Source: Tubulanus polymorphus
Lineage: Eukaryota; Animalia; Nemertea
Length of the DNA stretch: 64,000 bases
NCBI RefSeq assembly: GCF_964204645.1
Contig: NC_134028.1
Span: forward strand, 62,001 to 126,000
Direction: 5' to 3'
The notes under the pieces: model-generated
Database searches by the model: none
What the model saw: the letters and a program-made list of their open reading frames with translations, nothing else
Told to the model about the DNA's origin: nothing
Translations under genes and position numbers: made by a program
Shown here: positions 62,901 to 64,000 of the stretch, piece after piece
Layout: every line of letters starts with the position of its first letter
Position numbering within the stretch: position 1 is the stretch's first letter

Positions 62901-64000
62901 AGTTCAATACGCCTTAACACATCTTTTCAGATTGAATCCATCATCTTCAGAACCAAAAGCAGCCAGAAAATTCTGATTCTTTCAACCTATCTATTTGAAA
63001 TCAGTTCAGTACACCCTAACCCATCAATTAAGATAGAACTCATCATCTTTAGGACCCTATTTTGCAAGAAAAATCTGTATCTTTCAGTCCATCTGCTCGA
63101 AATCAGTTCAGTTTACCTTAACCTATCATTTCAGATCGAGTCCATCATCTTCAGGAGCATAAATAGCCAGAAAATTCTTAATCTTTCCACCTATCTATTT
63201 GAAATCAGTTCAATACGCCTTAACACATCTTTTCAGATTGAATCCATCATCTTCAGAACCAAAAGCAGCCAGAAAATTCTTAATCTTTCAACCTATCTAT
63301 TTGAAATCAGTTCAGTACACCCTAACCCATCAATTAAGATAGAATTCATCATCTTTAGGACCCTATTTTGCAAGAAAAATCTGTATCTTTCAGTCCATCT
63401 ACTCGAAATCAGTTCAGTTTACCTTAACCTATCATTTCAGATCGAGTCCATCATCTTCAGGAGCATAAATAGCCAGAAAATTCTTAATCTTTCCACCTAT
63501 CTATTTGAAATCAGTTCAATACGCCTTAGCCCATCTTTTCAGATTGAATCCATCATCTTCAGAACCAAAAGCAGCCAGAAAATTCTGATTCTTTCAACCT
63601 ATCTATTTGAAATCAGTTCAGTACACCCTAACCCATCAATTAAGATAGAATTCATCATCTTTAGGACCCTATTTTGCAAGAAAAATCTGTATCTTTCAGT
63701 CCATCTACTCGAAATCAGTTCAATTTACCTTAACCTATCATTTCAGATCGAGTCCATCATCTTCAGGAGCATAAATAGCCAGAAAATTCTTAATCTTTCC
63801 ACCTATCTATTTGAAATCAGTTCAATACGCCTTAACACATCTTTTCAGATTGAATCCATCATCTTCAGAACCAAAAGCAGCCAGAAAATTCGTAATCTTT
63901 CAACCTATCTATTTGAAATCAGTTCAATACGCCTTAACCCATCTTTTCAGATTGAGTCCATCATCTTCAGAACCAAAGGCAGCAAGAAAATTCTGATTCT
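8931..64000. repeat. Satellite DNA array: 102-bp monomers A/B/C, 306-bp higher-order unit with 204-bp and rare 408-bp variants
   Basis: gaaatcagttca recurs every 102 bp and the A monomer at 8933 recurs at 9239 (306 bp). No interruption was seen up to the window end. Confidence 0.98.

Noticed and set aside
8931-64000. CRISPR array
   Set aside because: There are no unique spacers or cas genes, the entire unit repeats, and the context is eukaryotic.

Overview
Eukaryotic (probably animal, TTAGGG-telomere) DNA in two parts. (1) Positions 1-8934 hold a head-to-tail tandem (period 6399 bp) of a near-identical, intact Penelope-like retroelement (PLE) with Neptune-type RT + Cys-rich linker + GIY-YIG endonuclease. 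The complete unit has a ~100-bp terminal direct repeat, a 2.1-kb AT-rich spacer with diverged repeats and B-box motifs, a TATA box, and a minimal hammerhead ribozyme cleaving 5 nt before the ORF1 ATG. ORF1 encodes an N-terminal domain, a Pro-rich linker and an SGNH esterase. ORF1 appears joined to the ATG-less RT-EN ORF by a U_UUA_AAC -1 frameshift signal with a downstream hairpin. Each unit ends in (CCCTAA)n. (2) Positions ~8931-64000 are a homogeneous satellite of three 102-bp monomer types (A,B,C), mostly as 306-bp ABC and 204-bp AB units, with multi-kb internal duplications. The polarity fits a telomere-attached retroelement array next to subtelomeric satellite, but no chromosome end is visible. 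All calls were made by eye, with no searches or folding programs run.
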